DNA from: Eledone cirrhosa
Lineage: Eukaryota
Direction: 5' to 3'
DNA: 64,000 nucleotides
NCBI GenBank assembly: GCA_964016885.1
Contig: OZ024743.1
Span: 23,808,001 to 23,872,000, forward strand
Shown here one piece after another: positions 39,810-54,599 of this stretch. The notes beneath the pieces are model-generated. The model made no database searches and had not been told where the DNA came from. It was given only the letters and a program-made list of their open reading frames with translations. The first letter of the stretch is position 1; each line of letters starts with the position of its first letter. The translations under genes and the position numbers were made by a program.

Positions 39810-41689
39810 TAAAGAAAATAATGTTTAATAGATCTTCAAAATGAACTGCATATAATTTACGCTCTATTACTTAGAAAAATTACGGAATACACAATTAAGC
39901 ACATAAGAATTATTTTATCAAAGTTGAAGAGGCTCAACTAAACAAAATTACAATTCTTCAGTTGTTGGACCTTTGAAGGGTTTATAAAAACCAGACCAAA
40001 GCTGCATACATAAATGTGTGTCTGATAGAGAGAGAAAGAGAGCTACAGCAGCCATGCACAAGAATATCCACAGATTTTTATTATATTCTAGACTCCTTTC
40101 CAATCAGCTGCAACTAATTTTTAATTAGTTTTAGAGCACACAGAGAATACCTCAATTGAATGGATTAAGACGTTTCTTGTGAAGTTGGTGTATATCTAAT
40201 TACTATATATATATAACATCATCGTTTTCCCACCCCCATTACTCTGTTAAATCCCACCACACTTGTCATAACTCTAGTAACTATTCTCGTCATTGCTATC
40301 CTCTCACTCTTTCCAAGATCACCCCCATCACCCTTACCCTGTTAAATCCTCACCACAGCTCTTTAGTACTTATTCTCATCATCACTGTACCCCTACCTCT
40401 TTGAGCTGATTGTGCCTCTATTGGATGTCCTACAATTGATTTGCTGAATGTTCGGTGACAATGGCAAGAATAGGCATGTGCTAGTAGGCTAAAGAACACA
40501 GTTGGAAAAGGGATCTTACCCTTGGTAGTCTGGGTAATCCGGACTCTGTGGGGTCCCTTATTTGCCTTAAGTGATTGTGCCTCTATTGGAATGTCTCATT
40601 TCATACCTTTTATGTATGTCTCTATTAAACTGTACTGGTTTTTGTAATTTGTTGTAATGTCCTCTTCATCCATCACCCTTGTAAATAAAAAGAAATAATT
40701 ATTTCTATTTGTTTTGTTTATATGTTTATAGAGGATATGTTTACATTTTATTCCTTTCATTCCAAAGTATCTATACAACAGCAACAACACCATGGCAGGA
40801 AGAAATCAACCCTACCTTTTTTTTAATAGATTAATTTATTCTGAGTCTCTAATGAAAAACAGGCCATTGTTGTTATTTGAGAAGGAAGTATTTAAAATTC
40901 CCAAGATTCCAATGTCTAAATCTCTTCTGATATTTCAAAAGCTAACTTGAAGTGATAGGAATTTTAAGATATTTTTCTGAAAACTACTTGAGTTCTCAAG
41001 ACAAGAATCAAAGAAATTGTTATTAATTGTTAAGAGTTTGTAATTTGAGAGAATTAAGTATGATTAAATATTAGGAAAAACACCAGCAACCCTGCTCATA
41101 AAACATGTGAGTGCTTCAGTGCATAATTCTTGCAATGAGTTAACCAAACTTCTAACATTTCATGAATGTGTTATGATGTGTTTGTCATCCTACATCTGTA
41201 ATTGTGTGTATGGTTTAATTACTTAATTATTTCATTAGTTATAATAAAGAAAAAATATGTTTTAGAGCCTGGGGTAATTTGTTCTGGCTCTTTACCTCCT
41301 GTAGTCAACTTTGCCTTTCATCCTCCTGGGGATGCTAAAATAAAGTACCAGCCAAGTACTGAGGTCGTGTAATCTACTATCTCCCCCACTAATTTCTGGC
41401 ATTATTATGGATTAACATTATTGTTAGAGCATTGAACAAAATGCTTTGTGGTACTTTCTCCTGCCATTACATTCTTAGTTCAAATTCTGCTGTGGTCAAC
41501 TTGTTCCTCTATCCTCCCAGGGACTAGAAAATAAAACACCAGTAAAGTACTGAGATTGATATACACGACTTTCCCTTTTTCCAAAATTGCAAAACGAATC
41601 TGTGGCACATATTACTAGTAGATGTGAGCAATTTGACATTACAAAATCTGGCATGATCTTATAGCAAAAAGAATCCATTGGGAGTTGTA

Positions 41690-42130
41690 CAAAACATGCA
41701 TCAAAATGCAATGTCTGTGGTATGAACACAATCCTTTTAAATCCTGCCTATCAGGTGAGCAAGTAGAGTTGTTTTGGGCCCTTGAGATCAAGACCACAAA
41801 CAAATCTAACACAACTGCCCTGATATTGTTGTAACCCCCAATGTATTCTAATTGGTATTGCAGTCCCTCAAGACTAGAATGTGGCTGAAAAGGAAATGGA
41901 GAAGATCAATAAGTATACCGACCTTGCAGGCACTATTATAACTAAAAACCATGCAAAGACAGTAGTTGTGCCAATCATTATTGGGACGCTAGGCATGCTC
42001 CCTAAACACCTTAGTTCTTCATCAAAAGCCTTGGAATCCCTGACTTCATAGGCAATGTCCAAATTTCTACCAGCATTGGTACTGCCAGAATCCTGCGCAA
42101 TATATTGAACCTCTGAGATCAGGGACTGAT
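41690..42130 (+). mobile_element. R4/Dong-like LINE restriction-like endonuclease 3' fragment
   Basis: PDIV..CILIGIAVPQD*NVAEKEMEKINKYTDLA..VVVPIIIGTLGMLPKHL. Confidence 0.7.
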
Positions 42131-42189
42131 CTGAGACCAATTAACACTTCATCTAGCAACCAATTGCTAAAGAAACCTTACATTATTAT

Positions 42190-42390
42190 TTTGGCAGTAT
42201 CAGTAGAGGGTTGAACGCCGTGCTTTCCAGCATAGAGTTACGCCCCTTTATGGTCTGAGTTCAAATCCCGCCAAGGTTAACTTTGCTTTTCATCCTTATA
42301 AGGTCAATAAAATAAAGTACCAGTAATGCACTGGGATAATTGTCGTCCTTGTACCAATAGTAGAAACAATTATTATTATTATTATTATTA
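42190..42390 (+). mobile_element. SINE family A with (TTA)n tail
   Basis: Near full-length. Confidence 0.85.
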
Positions 42391-43439
42391 CTAGTGATGG
42401 ATTGGTAGTATCGATACAGCATTGGACAACATGCCTCACAACAAAAACAGGCTCGTCCACAACACCAGCAACACAAGCACCCAAATAAAAACTTGCACAA
42501 CCAGAACAACCACCTAACTTTGTGTTAATAAGGAGGTCCAAGAACTGATGGCCCTCTTAGCACAAAGTAAGGAAATTCAGAGAGAGTGGGAGATTTTTTT
42601 CCACCAGCACCTTCAAAGTACCACTGTCACTAATTATGGTGTGAATGGCACCAGAAACATACAAAAACATTAGGGAGAGCTTCTCGCATGACAAGGAAAC
42701 CAGAGCAGGCTTTTAAAGGGGTTCCCAAAGGAACACCCACTAGACATGGAAATTGAACCACCCGATCTCCAACAGAGCCCAGAGAGTAAGTCGCCTCCAT
42801 TTTTTTTTTTTTTCCTGATCAATCAGCCAACATGGCAATTATAAGGGTAGGTTGTCTAAAAGTTTGTGACCTGAGGTTGGCATGGTAAGTGCCTGTCCCC
42901 CACTACATTTGTTAAAAGATGGGTGAATGTAGCAATAATGACCTGTATAAATGGGCCTATTTTCACCATACGCCTGTAGGCTGGATAGTTTAGAAAGGAG
43001 AGGACTTTTCAGTTGTGTTAAGGGTATGACAACCTCTCTGGTGTTGGGGTCTACACAATGAATGAACCCAATACCATCTGTAAACAGACTGGTGATAGGA
43101 AGAAATCCAGCCATAGAAAAACTACCAAACAAAAACTTGGGAGGACTCTTCTAACGTGTCAAGGACATGATAACCTCCCTAATACTGGTGCCTCAACAAA
43201 ATACACCTAGTGCACTCTGTAGAGTGTGGGAACATGAAATCGATAAGAAGCCTATAGGAGAAGTTAGTAGCTCCATTTAAGTATTGACTTGGTCTGTAAT
43301 AACCTGTCCTACCCATGCTGGCAGGAAAAATAGACATTAGATGATGATGATGATGATGAGAAGAATAAATTGGAAGAATCAGTTGAACAACAGACCAAAA
43401 TATCTTGCCACATTTAATTACATTATTTTACTTGTGCTG

Positions 43440-43822
43440 TAGGAGTAGTATTGGTAGAGGGTCAGGCGCCATGCTTTGCAGCACAGAGTTATGGCCCTTT
43501 ATGATCTGAGTTCAAATCTTTTTGAGGTTTACTTTGCCTTTTATCCTTACAGAGTCGATCAAATGAAGTATCAGTAATGCACTGGGGTAATTGCTGGCCT
43601 TGTGCCAAAAGTAGAAACGATTATTTGTAGGGCGGTGGATTGGCAGTATTGGTAGAGTGTTGGATGCTATGCTTTGCAGTATAGAGTCACGACCCTTTAA
43701 GGTCTGAGTTCAAATCCTGTCAAGGTTAACTTTGCCTTTCAACCTTACGGGGTCGATAAAATAAAGTACCAGTAATGTACTGGGGTAATTGCTGGCCTTG
43801 TGCTAAAAGTAGAAACGATTAT
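43440..43822 (+). mobile_element. SINE family A tandem dimer
   Basis: Two head-to-tail copies, flanked by a repeated ATTATTTTACTTGTGCTGTA-like sequence. Confidence 0.85.
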
Positions 43823-46064
43823 TTTACTTGTGCTGTATTTGTCTCATATGATTGCAGCTTTGCCTTTCATCTTTCCAGGTTCAATATAATGAAGTTTCTA
43901 TCAAGTACATGATCGATTAGAAGATTCTCCTTGAAATTTTGTAACTCTATAGCTATGTTAGAAATCATAATCATCATCATCATCATCCTTAGCATCATAA
44001 ACAACATCAACACCACCATCACCACCACTATCATCATCATCATTATCAACAACAGCATTAGCAGCATCATCGTTATGATTATTGTTTTTGTTGTTTCTGC
44101 TGTTGATATATGAAAGTAAGACAAAATGTATATCTTGGGTTAGAATGTTTTAATTAAAGAATGTACTTTAGAACTGTCCATTACATCGTACAACTAATGA
44201 CCCGTATTGGTATCTGAATGTACTGAAATATACTAGCCATTAAGTGTATTGTGACCTTTTTGGTAGCTAATTAAATAAGTCATCACTGGTAGCTTGTCTT
44301 AATGAGGTATCATGAGATGCTTGCGAAGGTGCTTGGTTATTCTGACATTTTTGCTATGCTATCACCCTTGGCAATGCTACAAGTGTGTTGGCTTGCCTCA
44401 AAAATTATTAGAGGGAGACTCCAACACCCATATTTTGGTGTGAGATTGAGTGAGAGGGCTTCTCCCCTACCCACTTTTAGATAGATGATTTGGGAAATTA
44501 ATTTTCTTCATCCATAGTAAGAAGGCTCTTGTACAGTCATTGATACTCTGTAGTATATTTAAATGGTAATGTAAAATATTTCTTCATTCTGGGTTACAAG
44601 CAAGCTATCAGCAAACTAATGCCATGCATGAGATTTTCAATTCCTGCTTGAAGCTAATTCACTTCACTTTATTTGTGTACTTGATACTATGGAAAAATAG
44701 GTGGCGAATTGCAGAGTCATTAGAACGTTGGATAAATTGCTTTGCAGTATTCATTTCAACTCTTTTAGTTCAAATCCCGTCAAGTTCAACTTTGTCTTTC
44801 ATCCAGTGGAAGTCAATAAAAAAAGTATCAGTCTAGTACTGAGGTCAATTCTTCCTCTATATCTCTTTCTCACTTTCATTCTTTCACACTCTCTGTCCTT
44901 CTCTGGAAGACATCTGCTGTATCCAGATCGGGAGAGGGTTGGGTTCTGCCATGTTTAGAAATGCCATATATCAAATCGGTGCCCCTATGACTCTATCAGG
45001 AGTTATGGCACCATACCACTATGGGAAACATATGAACAACCATATTCCCCATCTCTCTCTTTTTGTTTTCACTAAATTATATGTTATTCCCCCTGGCCCA
45101 TAAATCTCCTATACTCTGTATGAATAATAATATAGACTGAAAATTACCAGATAAAATATTTTACAGTATTCATTCCAGCTTCCTGAACTCTCAGTGTTAA
45201 AAACCCACCAAAGTTGACTTTCCCTTTTAAGCTTTCAAAGTCATTAAAAAAAATATCAGTCTGGGGTCAATTCTCTCTCTCTCTCTCTCCCCTTCTCTGG
45301 AAGAAATCGGCTGTGTTCAGACATGAAGAGGGAATAGGCTCCACCAGGTTTAAAGTGCCCAAGACACTGTATGTCACAACGGTGTCCCTGCAATTTTATC
45401 AGGAGCTACATGCATGAGTAACAATAACTGAGAGGCTAAAACATTGGTCTTCTTCTGTCATTGTAGAGCGAGGGATTGGCAGAATCACTATGTACTATAT
45501 TGACGAGTTGTAGTGCACCTGAGCACTTTACACAATAATTTCATTATATTATATCAACATTGGGCAAAATACTTTATGGTATTTGTTTTGGCTCTTTACA
45601 TTCTGAGTTCAAATCCTGCCATGGTCAACTTCGCTTTTCAACCTTTCAATGTCGATAAAATAAAATACCAGTAAAATACTGAGGTCAGTATAATCAACTT
45701 TCCTCTTCCTCACAAATTGTTGGCCTTGTGCCTAAATTAGAAATGACTGTTGCTGTGATTTTGTTATGTTGTAGTTTTGCTTGCTCCAAGTTGCCTGACA
45801 GAACTAACAAACAAACAAATTCTACTTAAGCATGGTTGAGCGTTTTTCTCTTGGAAGAGTATCCATCTTGTTAAACTATTCTATATGACCACCTGACTGC
45901 TAGAAATCATCATCATCATCATCATCAAGTTGGATGCCTTTCCCAACACCAACCCTTTTAGCTGATTCTTAAAACACATGGATACTGTGTACCTATTTTA
46001 AACTAGATACACATGCCCAATTCTAAAAACCTTCCCTAATTTTGTGTAAAGTTATGCTCCAAAT

Positions 46065-46876
46065 ACCAACTTAATGACATGAATGTGTGTTATATTAGTA
46101 AATTACTCCACAACACTGATATCAAGAAGTCCTCTTGTGAACGTGATCTGGGCATTACTGTCAGCAGCGATTTACGTTGGACAAAGCACATCTCTAAAAT
46201 TGTCAAGAAGGCCGAGGGTGTCTTGGCATCACTCAGCAAGACCTTTGTTAGCCGCTCTCCAGCCATCTATTTAAAACTGTATACAGCTATGGTACAACCA
46301 CACTTGGAATTCACATCATCAATCTGGAACAGAACATTGACCTCCTGGAAACTGTTCAGAGACGTGCAACCAAGTGCATACCCTCCATCAGACACCTACC
46401 ATACTCTGAACACCTTGCTTCCCTGGGCATGGATTCATTGAAGCTCCGACGTCTGGCAATGGACTTGGTAAACACCCACAAAGTTATTAACCATCTCGCC
46501 AACAACAACCCTGAGCACCTTTTTGATATCCATGTGTCTAACACACGTGGACATCCCTACAAAGTCAGAAAACAGCACAGCTCCCATGACTTTCGGAAAC
46601 ATTCTTTCACACTTAGAGTTGCTGAAGCATGGAATAAACTGCCTGCGTCAGTTGTTAGCTGCCGAGACACTGCATCCTTTAAAACCCTCATGCTTCCCGA
46701 AATTTGCCAAAACTACACCTGATGTCCCCCTTCCATACACATGTACACATGTGTATATCATGACTCATGCACTGTTCATTTTCCTGACGTTTGTACATTA
46801 CCCTATGTACTATACATACACTTTTGATGAGTTGTAGTGCATCTGAGCACTGTACACAATATTTTCATTATTATTA
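46065..46876 (+). mobile_element. CR1/L2-group LINE 3' fragment
   Basis: ERDLGITVSSDLRWTKHI, YTAMVQPHLEF, TRGHPYKV, FTLRVAEAWNKLP; frameshifted; 3' stem-loop and (ATT)n tail. Confidence 0.9.
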
Positions 46877-47067
46877 CTCCAAATTTCAAATATTATTTGA
46901 AAGCCATAGAAAATGTCTTTCATTAGAAATATGATAGTGAAAGGGTTAATCCAGTATTTTATTTTCAAGTGAAATAATTAAGCAAATTAGAGCTAAATCT
47001 CCTCTAGATTAGGATACTGATCTATTATTAATAGTCTTTTCCAAAAAGATTTGATACCTAATTCCTA

Positions 47068-47877
47068 ATTCATCATCATCATCATCATCATCATCGCCCT
47101 CATCATCATCATCATCATCATCGCCCTCATCATTATCATCATCATCATCATCTTCAACATCGTCATCAGCATTGGTGGCAGCATCATCATCATCACCACC
47201 ATCTTCCCCATCATCACCATTACCTTCATCATCATCATCATCACCCTCACCACCACCACCACCATCACCACCATCACCACCACCACCAGCAACATCATCA
47301 TCATCACCATCATCCCCATCATCACCATCGTTGTCATCGTCGTCACCATCATCATCACCGTTATCATCATCATTATCATCACTATCATCACCATAATCAT
47401 CATCATCATCACCATAATCACCACCATCACCATCATCACCATCACCATCGTCGCCATCATAATCACCATCATCATCATCATCATTACCATAATCACCATC
47501 ATCATCATCATCACCATCATCATCACCATCACCATCATCACCATCACCATAATCACCATCATCATCACCATCACCATCATCACCATCATAATCACCATCA
47601 TCATCACCATCATCACCATCATAATCACCATCATCATCATCATCATCACCATCACCATAATCACCATCACCATCACCATCATCACCATCACCATAATCAC
47701 CATCACCATCACCATCATCATCATCACCATCACCATAATCACCATCACCATCATCACCATCACCATAATCACCATCATCATCACCATCATCATCATCACC
47801 ATCACCATAATCACCACCACCATCACCATCATCACCATCACCATAATCACCACCACCATCATCATCATCATCATCAA
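47068..47877. repeat. Compound (CAT/CAC/AAT) trinucleotide repeat
   Basis: About 810 bp of CAT/CAC triplets with a higher-order CACCATAAT subunit. Confidence 0.95.
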
Positions 47878-48314
47878 TTCTCACCATTTCTGCCCCCATG
47901 TTTTCTATGGTTTTCCCCTTTCATGTGTCTTTCAGTGATAGGGTGTGTTCCTATCTTCTGTTCCTTATTATTTCCCCATAGACGGACTAATCTGTTCAAA
48001 TGTTATAAGTCTTGGCCACACTATACATCCAGTGATAAGACATGAACCAATAACCACTTGCTGGCTGCTTCTCTGGAATTCTATTGATGCTTTCAATAGC
48101 AATAAATATACACTATCATATACAGAGGAATAAAGTTGCATATTAAAGAGAATTTAATGCCAACTAATTGATGGTGCATACCCAAAGTAAGCTAGTAGAT
48201 TACATATCCTACTTAACCATATTTTCGAGTTTTAATAATGTTTTGCTAAGTTGCTTTCCGAATAATTACTTAATTCAGTATATAGTATTTCCCTTGTTTT
48301 TAGGTTTGTTGCCA

Positions 48315-48501
48315 ACACACTCACACACACACACATACATGTACACACACATACATACATACAGCTATATATGCACACCCGTACTCTGTCTCTCTCTTTC
48401 TCATTCCCACACACACACACACACATACACTTATATATGCACACCCATGCTCTCTCTTTCTCTCTCACTCACACACACGCACTTATATATGCACACCCGT
48501 G

Positions 48502-48535
<34 letters not shown>

Positions 48536-48566
48536 TACACTTATATACATCTACATGCACTCTCTT

Positions 48567-48598
<32 letters not shown>

Positions 48599-48713
48599 AC
48601 ATACACTTATATACATATACATGCACTCTCTTTCTCTCTCTAACATACACACACACATACATATACATGTACATGCACTCTCTTTCTCTCTCTCTCTAAC
48701 ATACACACACACA
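48315..48713. repeat. Compound CA/CT/TA microsatellite with a higher-order unit of about 50 bp
   Basis: Recurrent (CT)n-(CA)n-CTTATATA..ATGCAC unit. Confidence 0.85.
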
Positions 48714-48938
48714 AAGAAAACATATTATTTGTGAAATATAATAAACAACAAGTGATGTATTGTCGTAATGTTGGCAGCAAATAGCAATGAATCTGTTCTC
48801 AGAATCATCTGATTTTTGGTTCAGCTTCCTTTCACAGCACCTTATTCTTAGCTATGGCTCACTACTAAAAACATCTTATTGGTGTAGTTTATCATATAAG
48901 AAAATATTGGAGTATTATGAAAACAAAAGAGGTTAAAT

Positions 48939-49161
48939 TTAACCCTTTAGCATTTACATTACTCTATATTTACTATTATATTTTAATGGTAAAGGTTTTA
49001 CCTCACATAATATCAAATTTATGAAATTTTCATATTATTTATTTTGAGAATAATATTTATTTTGAGAACAAAAGTATGAGTGGGTAGTTACGACCGGTTT
49101 GAACAAAAAGAGGTGGGGGAATTCTGGCCAGATATGGCCGGTTTAAATGCTACAGAGTTAA
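48939..49161. mobile_element. piggyBac-type MITE
   Basis: TIRs and TTAA duplication. Confidence 0.88.
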
Positions 49162-49944
49162 GTTACCATCTTTGTTAATTTTCTCTATGAATGAGGCTCA
49201 GTTTGAAATGTTATGTTATTCAAGTCGACCATGTTGATCAGCCCTGATTAACCAGGTTGGTGATGAAATATTATGGTGCAGCTACCCTGTACTCCAGATA
49301 TACCACCCCACAATCTTTGTAATCTACACAATGAATGCACACAGTACACACTGTAAAGTGGTTGGTGATAAGAAGGGAATCCAACCAAAGAAAATGTTGT
49401 GATGACTCTTCAGTTGTATCAAAGACATGAAAAGCTCCCTATTAATTAAGGGTTAAATGCCAAAGGGTTAAATGATGATGATGATTAGATATGCAGGATG
49501 CAGTGATACTGATTTCAATATCCACAGAGATCCAGCCACATACAACACAAAAGTCTATCTAAATTTAGTTTCAGGATTAATTCCTGGGTATATATTGTTA
49601 AATATATTGTTGAACAGCACTGAAGTATGTATTTTACATTCCTACCATTATAAGTAAGTGATTGTTTGTGTATGTGAATGTGTGTGTGTGTGAGTTTGTG
49701 TGTGTGTATGTCTGTTTACGTGTTTGTGTATGTGAGTATGTGCATTTGTGTGTGTGTGTATGTGAGACAGAAACAAAATATATTTTGGCCACATGTACAT
49801 GAATCTTGCTCAACCTAGTTTACTACATGTTTTTTGTGTGTGTGTGTGTGTGTGGGTATGTGGAGGGGTGGCTTAAGTATTCATGCCAACTATTATCTAT
49901 GGTCACGAATCTTAGGTAATGACCGAAATAATATGATCATGATT

Positions 49945-50190
49945 ACAAGCAACGTGATGGGGTTCCTCGGAAGAGTCTTCGAAGTAACATTCCTCAATAA
50001 AGTCTGTAGCTTGGAGATCAGAGAATTGCTCCAGGTAGAGCTGCTACTTCTCTGAATTGAGAGATTACAACTCCGATACTATAGGCATGTGGTTAGAATG
50101 TCTCAGGAAAGAATCACTGGACAGATTTTACAGGTAAAAACAGTCAGCAGGAGACCCAGGGATAGTTCCCGACCAAGATGGTTGAATAAC
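49945..50190 (+). mobile_element. RTE-group LINE C-terminal fragment
   Basis: FLGRVFEVTFLNKVCSLEIRELLQVELLLL*IERLQLRYYRHVVRMSQERI...RRPRDSSRPRW. Confidence 0.7.
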
Positions 50191-50601
50191 ATACATACAC
50201 TCACATATACATACACACACATATACACACATATACACACATTTGCAAACATACACACATGCATGCATACACACATATGCACACACACACACATAACATA
50301 CATACACACACATGCACACACTCATACACCAAACATATACACATGCACAAACACGCACTCATATACACACACACATGAGAAGGCCTCTATTTGGTATCAG
50401 TACCTGATAGATATAGCAGCAAACTCTCCTCCAAAACACACCCTATTAACTTAATCCCTTCATTACTGTATTTGTAATGAAATATACTGCCTATGTATTT
50501 CAATTAATTTTGAAAATAACCGAATATTTGCAGGAATTTAATGAAATAGCTGAGTTTTTCATTAGTAAGCTGATATTTAGAACATTATTTAATAACAAAT
50601 A

Positions 50602-50790
50602 AGGGCGGTGGATTGGCAGAATCAGTAGAGGGTCGGATGCCATGCTTTGTAGCATAGAGTTACAGCATTTTACTGTTTCAGTTCAAATCCCGCCGAGGTT
50701 AACTTTGCCTTTCATCCTTACGGGGGTCAATAAAATAAAGCACCAGTAATGTACTGGGATAATTGCTGGCCTTGTGCCTAAAGTAGAAAC
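50602..50790 (+). mobile_element. SINE family A
   Basis: Full-length; flanked by the direct repeat TTATTTAATAACAAA. Confidence 0.88.
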
Positions 50791-51039
50791 ATTTATTTAA
50801 TAACAAAAATTTCTAAAATATGATTGTGATGGAAGGGTTTAATATAAATACATATGTATGACTATATGGATATGTAACTTCAGATGGAGTTGTAGGGGAG
50901 CTGTCATGACATATGACATGTCATAGGCAGTTTAAATCTGGTACAGTGCATCCTCTCTCTAGGTCTGAATACAACTGATTTATTTCAGAGAAGGAGAAAA
51001 AGTAATTCACTGGAACTGAAAAAGAAATATAGAGGAAGA

Positions 51040-51347
51040 ATTGACTCCAGTACTTGACTGGTTCTCTCAAGAGAGCGTAAACGTCTGGAGCTGTGCTCCT
51101 GGTAAGGACACCCACCCTAGGTGGGTCAGTCTCCTGTGCACGTTCCAGACCAACAGTGACCTGCAGTATGTCAGCTCACCACCAAGATGGCAGCCCCATC
51201 ATCCAACTATTCTGTGGAGGGCTAACAACTTGCTCAGAAGGACATCAACCTGTTATGAAACCGACATCAGCTCTATGCACTACGATGCTTTTGGATTGCT
51301 GGCTTAGGATGACCCTGGCCTCATCAAGCAAGAGCAGGAAGTAGAAG
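51040..51347 (+). mobile_element. RTE-like LINE 3' end with (GAA)-type tail
   Basis: 3' end TTAGGATGACCCTGGCCTCATCAAGCAAGAGCAGGAAG matches the minus-strand copy at 61633-61757. Confidence 0.6.
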
Positions 51348-52518
51348 ACTGGACTGGTACTTTTTTTTATCTACCTCAAAAAGGATGAAAGGTAAAGTTG
51401 ACCACAGTACGATTTGAACTCAGAGTGCAGAGAGCCAGATAGAATATTCTAAAGCAATATGATGTTCTAACAACTCTGCCAATCTACCATATCAATATAA
51501 GGTTAAACATATCAAAATGATAAGTTTTGTATCATAGAACCAGGGGTGATTTCATGTGGTTTGGTATCAAAACGGTTGAAATATATAGCATTGGATATTA
51601 CAGTATAGGGTACACTTTTATCGAATAAAATAAATGGCATGATTCTCACGTTTGAAACCCTTTTGATCATAGGTCTGTTCAATCAGAGCCAACTTGAAGT
51701 TAAACAAGAACATGTGCACTCACATATGGGTGGATTTTTAATCTATGCTAATTTATGTGCATTCTTTTCCCAGTCATTCCTTGTGCAAGCAAATTTAGGG
51801 AGAGTTTCAGAGCACGGCAGTATAGGAAGGGATGGGAGGCTATATAATACTGGTGGTGGTGGTGGTGGTGGTGGTGGTGGTAGTGCCACCACAGTGGATA
51901 ATGTTGATGAGGGTGATGATGAGGATGATGAACTTGCCTGTGCCTTGCTGAGCAGCTAGCATCTCAGGTATGCTAAGCTAATCAGAGGAAACATTTACCT
52001 TCCCAAGAGAGAAATACAACACTTGGCTCATAATAGAGAAAGAATGTGACTGATACACACACATCATATATACACACACACATTTATATATACACATATA
52101 CACACACACATATATGTACACATACATATACATATATATATATATATATATATGAAAGAGATAGAAAGAGAAGTACAACATTTCCAATTATTCCAATCAG
52201 TTATTCATTCAAGAAAGTAAGCTGTATGTCCATAAATTTCGACTGCGTGTCATTCTTTTCTCCTAGCTGCAAGTTTTAAGTATGTAAGATTATTTCTTCC
52301 TACCTCTAAATTTCAAATTAGCATCAGTTTTTCCTCCTGCCTTTGAAGATGGGTTGGTTATGGTTGAAATGTAGGTCTGCTCATCATGGCTGGGACTAAA
52401 CAGCAACAATAACATCTAAATGAAGCATCCACCACATGATTGCTCAACTTGCTGAAAATAACTGCTGAAATCTCCTCCAAATGACATTACACTGTCCTAA
52501 AATATAATTGTTTCTACT

Positions 52519-52747
52519 TTAACCCTTTAATGTTTCAAACCAGCCAAAACCGGCCAGAATTCTCTACCTCTTTCTGTTGAAACTGGCTGTAACTGGTCGC
52601 TCAAACTGATGTTAAGGTATTGTTCTCAAAATAAATACTTTCAAAATGTCATAGATTCGATATTATGTGTGATAATTATGCGAGGTAAAGCCTTTACCAT
52701 GAAAATATAATAGTATATATAGAGTAATGTGAATGCTAAAGGGTTAA
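52519..52747. mobile_element. piggyBac-type MITE inserted in a SINE
   Basis: TIRs and TTAA; interrupts the SINE at 52505-52950. Confidence 0.9.
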
Positions 52748-53220
52748 GCAAAAGGCCAACTATTTTGGGGGAGAAGAAAGTTGATTAAATCAACCCCAGT
52801 GCATTACTGGTGCTTTATTTTATCGATCCCGTAAGGATGAAAGGCAAAGCTAACCTCGGTAGGATTTGAACTCAGAACCTAAAGGGCCGTAACTCTATGC
52901 TACCTAGCATGTTGTCTGACACCCTACTTATTCTGCCAATCCACCACCCTAAAATATAATGCAATCCAGAGTGCAGTGTACCTAAAAAAAGGATGGCGAA
53001 TCTTTTATCAACAACACACAGATGTTCTTGACCAGTGATGTATAACTTTTCATAGACACTTTATGAACCACCAAATATAAATTTACTTTTAATTGTATAG
53101 CAAAACACAAGATAGCATAAAACTTACCATGGACCATCAAAACTTTAGCATGGATCACACTGTGCATCACTGTTCTAAACTGCATCCAAAAGCAACAATA
53201 ATTATCTCATAAATGTAATA

Positions 53221-53393
53221 CAGGTAAAATTCTGTTATAACGAATTTTTCAGTATAACGAAATTGTTTTCAATCTCCGAGGTAATAACAAACAAATGCTC
53301 AATCTGTTTCAGTTGATCTCATTATAAAGAATTTTTTGTTACAACAAATTTTTTTTTATATCCCATGAATTTCGTTATAACGGCATTTAACTG
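53221..53393. mobile_element. pogo/Tigger-like MITE
   Basis: TA-CAGGTAAAATTCTGTTATAACGAA ... TTCGTTATAACGGCATTTAACTG-TA. Confidence 0.75.
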
Positions 53394-54271
53394 TATTTCC
53401 TTACTCTAACTCTGTTAGCTGCCCAGCAAAAAAAATTGTACTAACTATCCGTATACCCACTCCATCCTGGCCAACATTTACTTGCTTCTCTTTCCTTGGT
53501 TACCCTAAATGTATTTCACCCAAAAGATCCTCAACCAAGCATCCTCTTGAATGTCTTCACTGGCCCATATTTTCCTGCAGACTTTGTGGCATTCATATTA
53601 AGCAACAAAGTAGCAGAATGTTAGATGGAAGTATTTATTCTGGCTCATTGGGATCTGAAGTAAAATCCCTCTAAAGCCTGCTTTACCTTTCATCCTTCCA
53701 GGGTAGATAAATAAAGTATCAGTTCAGGGTAGTGGACTAGCATTGTTGTTAGAACATTGTTTAGGAGGTTATATGATATTTGTTCTAGATGTTTGCATTC
53801 TGAATTCAGAACCACCCAGCTTAGGTGGTAGACTTAATCTGTTGCTGAAGACAGGAAAGATATGTAGTGATATATATATATATGAAAGATCCTGGAAGGG
53901 CTAAGAACAAATGTTGGCATTGAGAGCTGGACTAAGCTCGAACAGGATGGCACTATCTCGTGCAAAAGGTCCTATCTTGCAATAGCTTGGGGTTCAAGCT
54001 ATTTTAATAGGCTGTCAAAAATCTGAGAGATCTACATGGGGTGGATGTCCATGTTTTCAAGAAGCATCTCAACATTCTACTCTCTAAGATCCCAAATGAG
54101 CCCACAGTACACAAAAAAGCCTAAATGAGAGTGAGTGTCAAACTCTCTCATGCAGCAATGGCCAACCAAGGAAGGATGGCTATAGAAAGTGTAGCAACAA
54201 TAACAATACCCCAGCATGGGTGCAGACTGTCAACTGAGATATGTAAAATAGTATATATATTACATAATATA

Positions 54272-54490
54272 TGAAGGTGGGCTGAAAAGTTCATATGCTG
54301 ATTATGAATAAATGATGCTAGAGCTGTGAAATCTTGGATGCATTAATTTCAACTCTTCTTATTAATAACTAGATTGTTTTTTTCCAAGTAAACTGACTGA
54401 CTTTTCAAAGAAGACTTCAAAAGTAACTAGTAATGGCTTATCTTGAAAATGGAGCAAATTTGGCATTATACGTTCTCAAGTGTTTATATG
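54272..54490 (+). mobile_element. 5' part of the same mariner family
   Basis: Left TIR and leader similar to 58453-58570, then MEQIWH, a possible transposase start. Confidence 0.6.
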
Positions 54491-54599
54491 TTAGGCAGTG
54501 AAATTTCTTTGAAATAACTTTAATTACATGCCATGTTGAGGTAATTTTCTCAGTGAGTGTTTCAGATGTGTTTCCTATTTCAAATCAGTTTGTAACCAA

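Noticed and set aside
47009-47899. Asp/Gly-rich 296-aa and Met/Val-rich 270-aa ORFs
   Set aside because: Translations of a trinucleotide repeat with no supporting gene structure, although a D/G-rich exon cannot be fully excluded.
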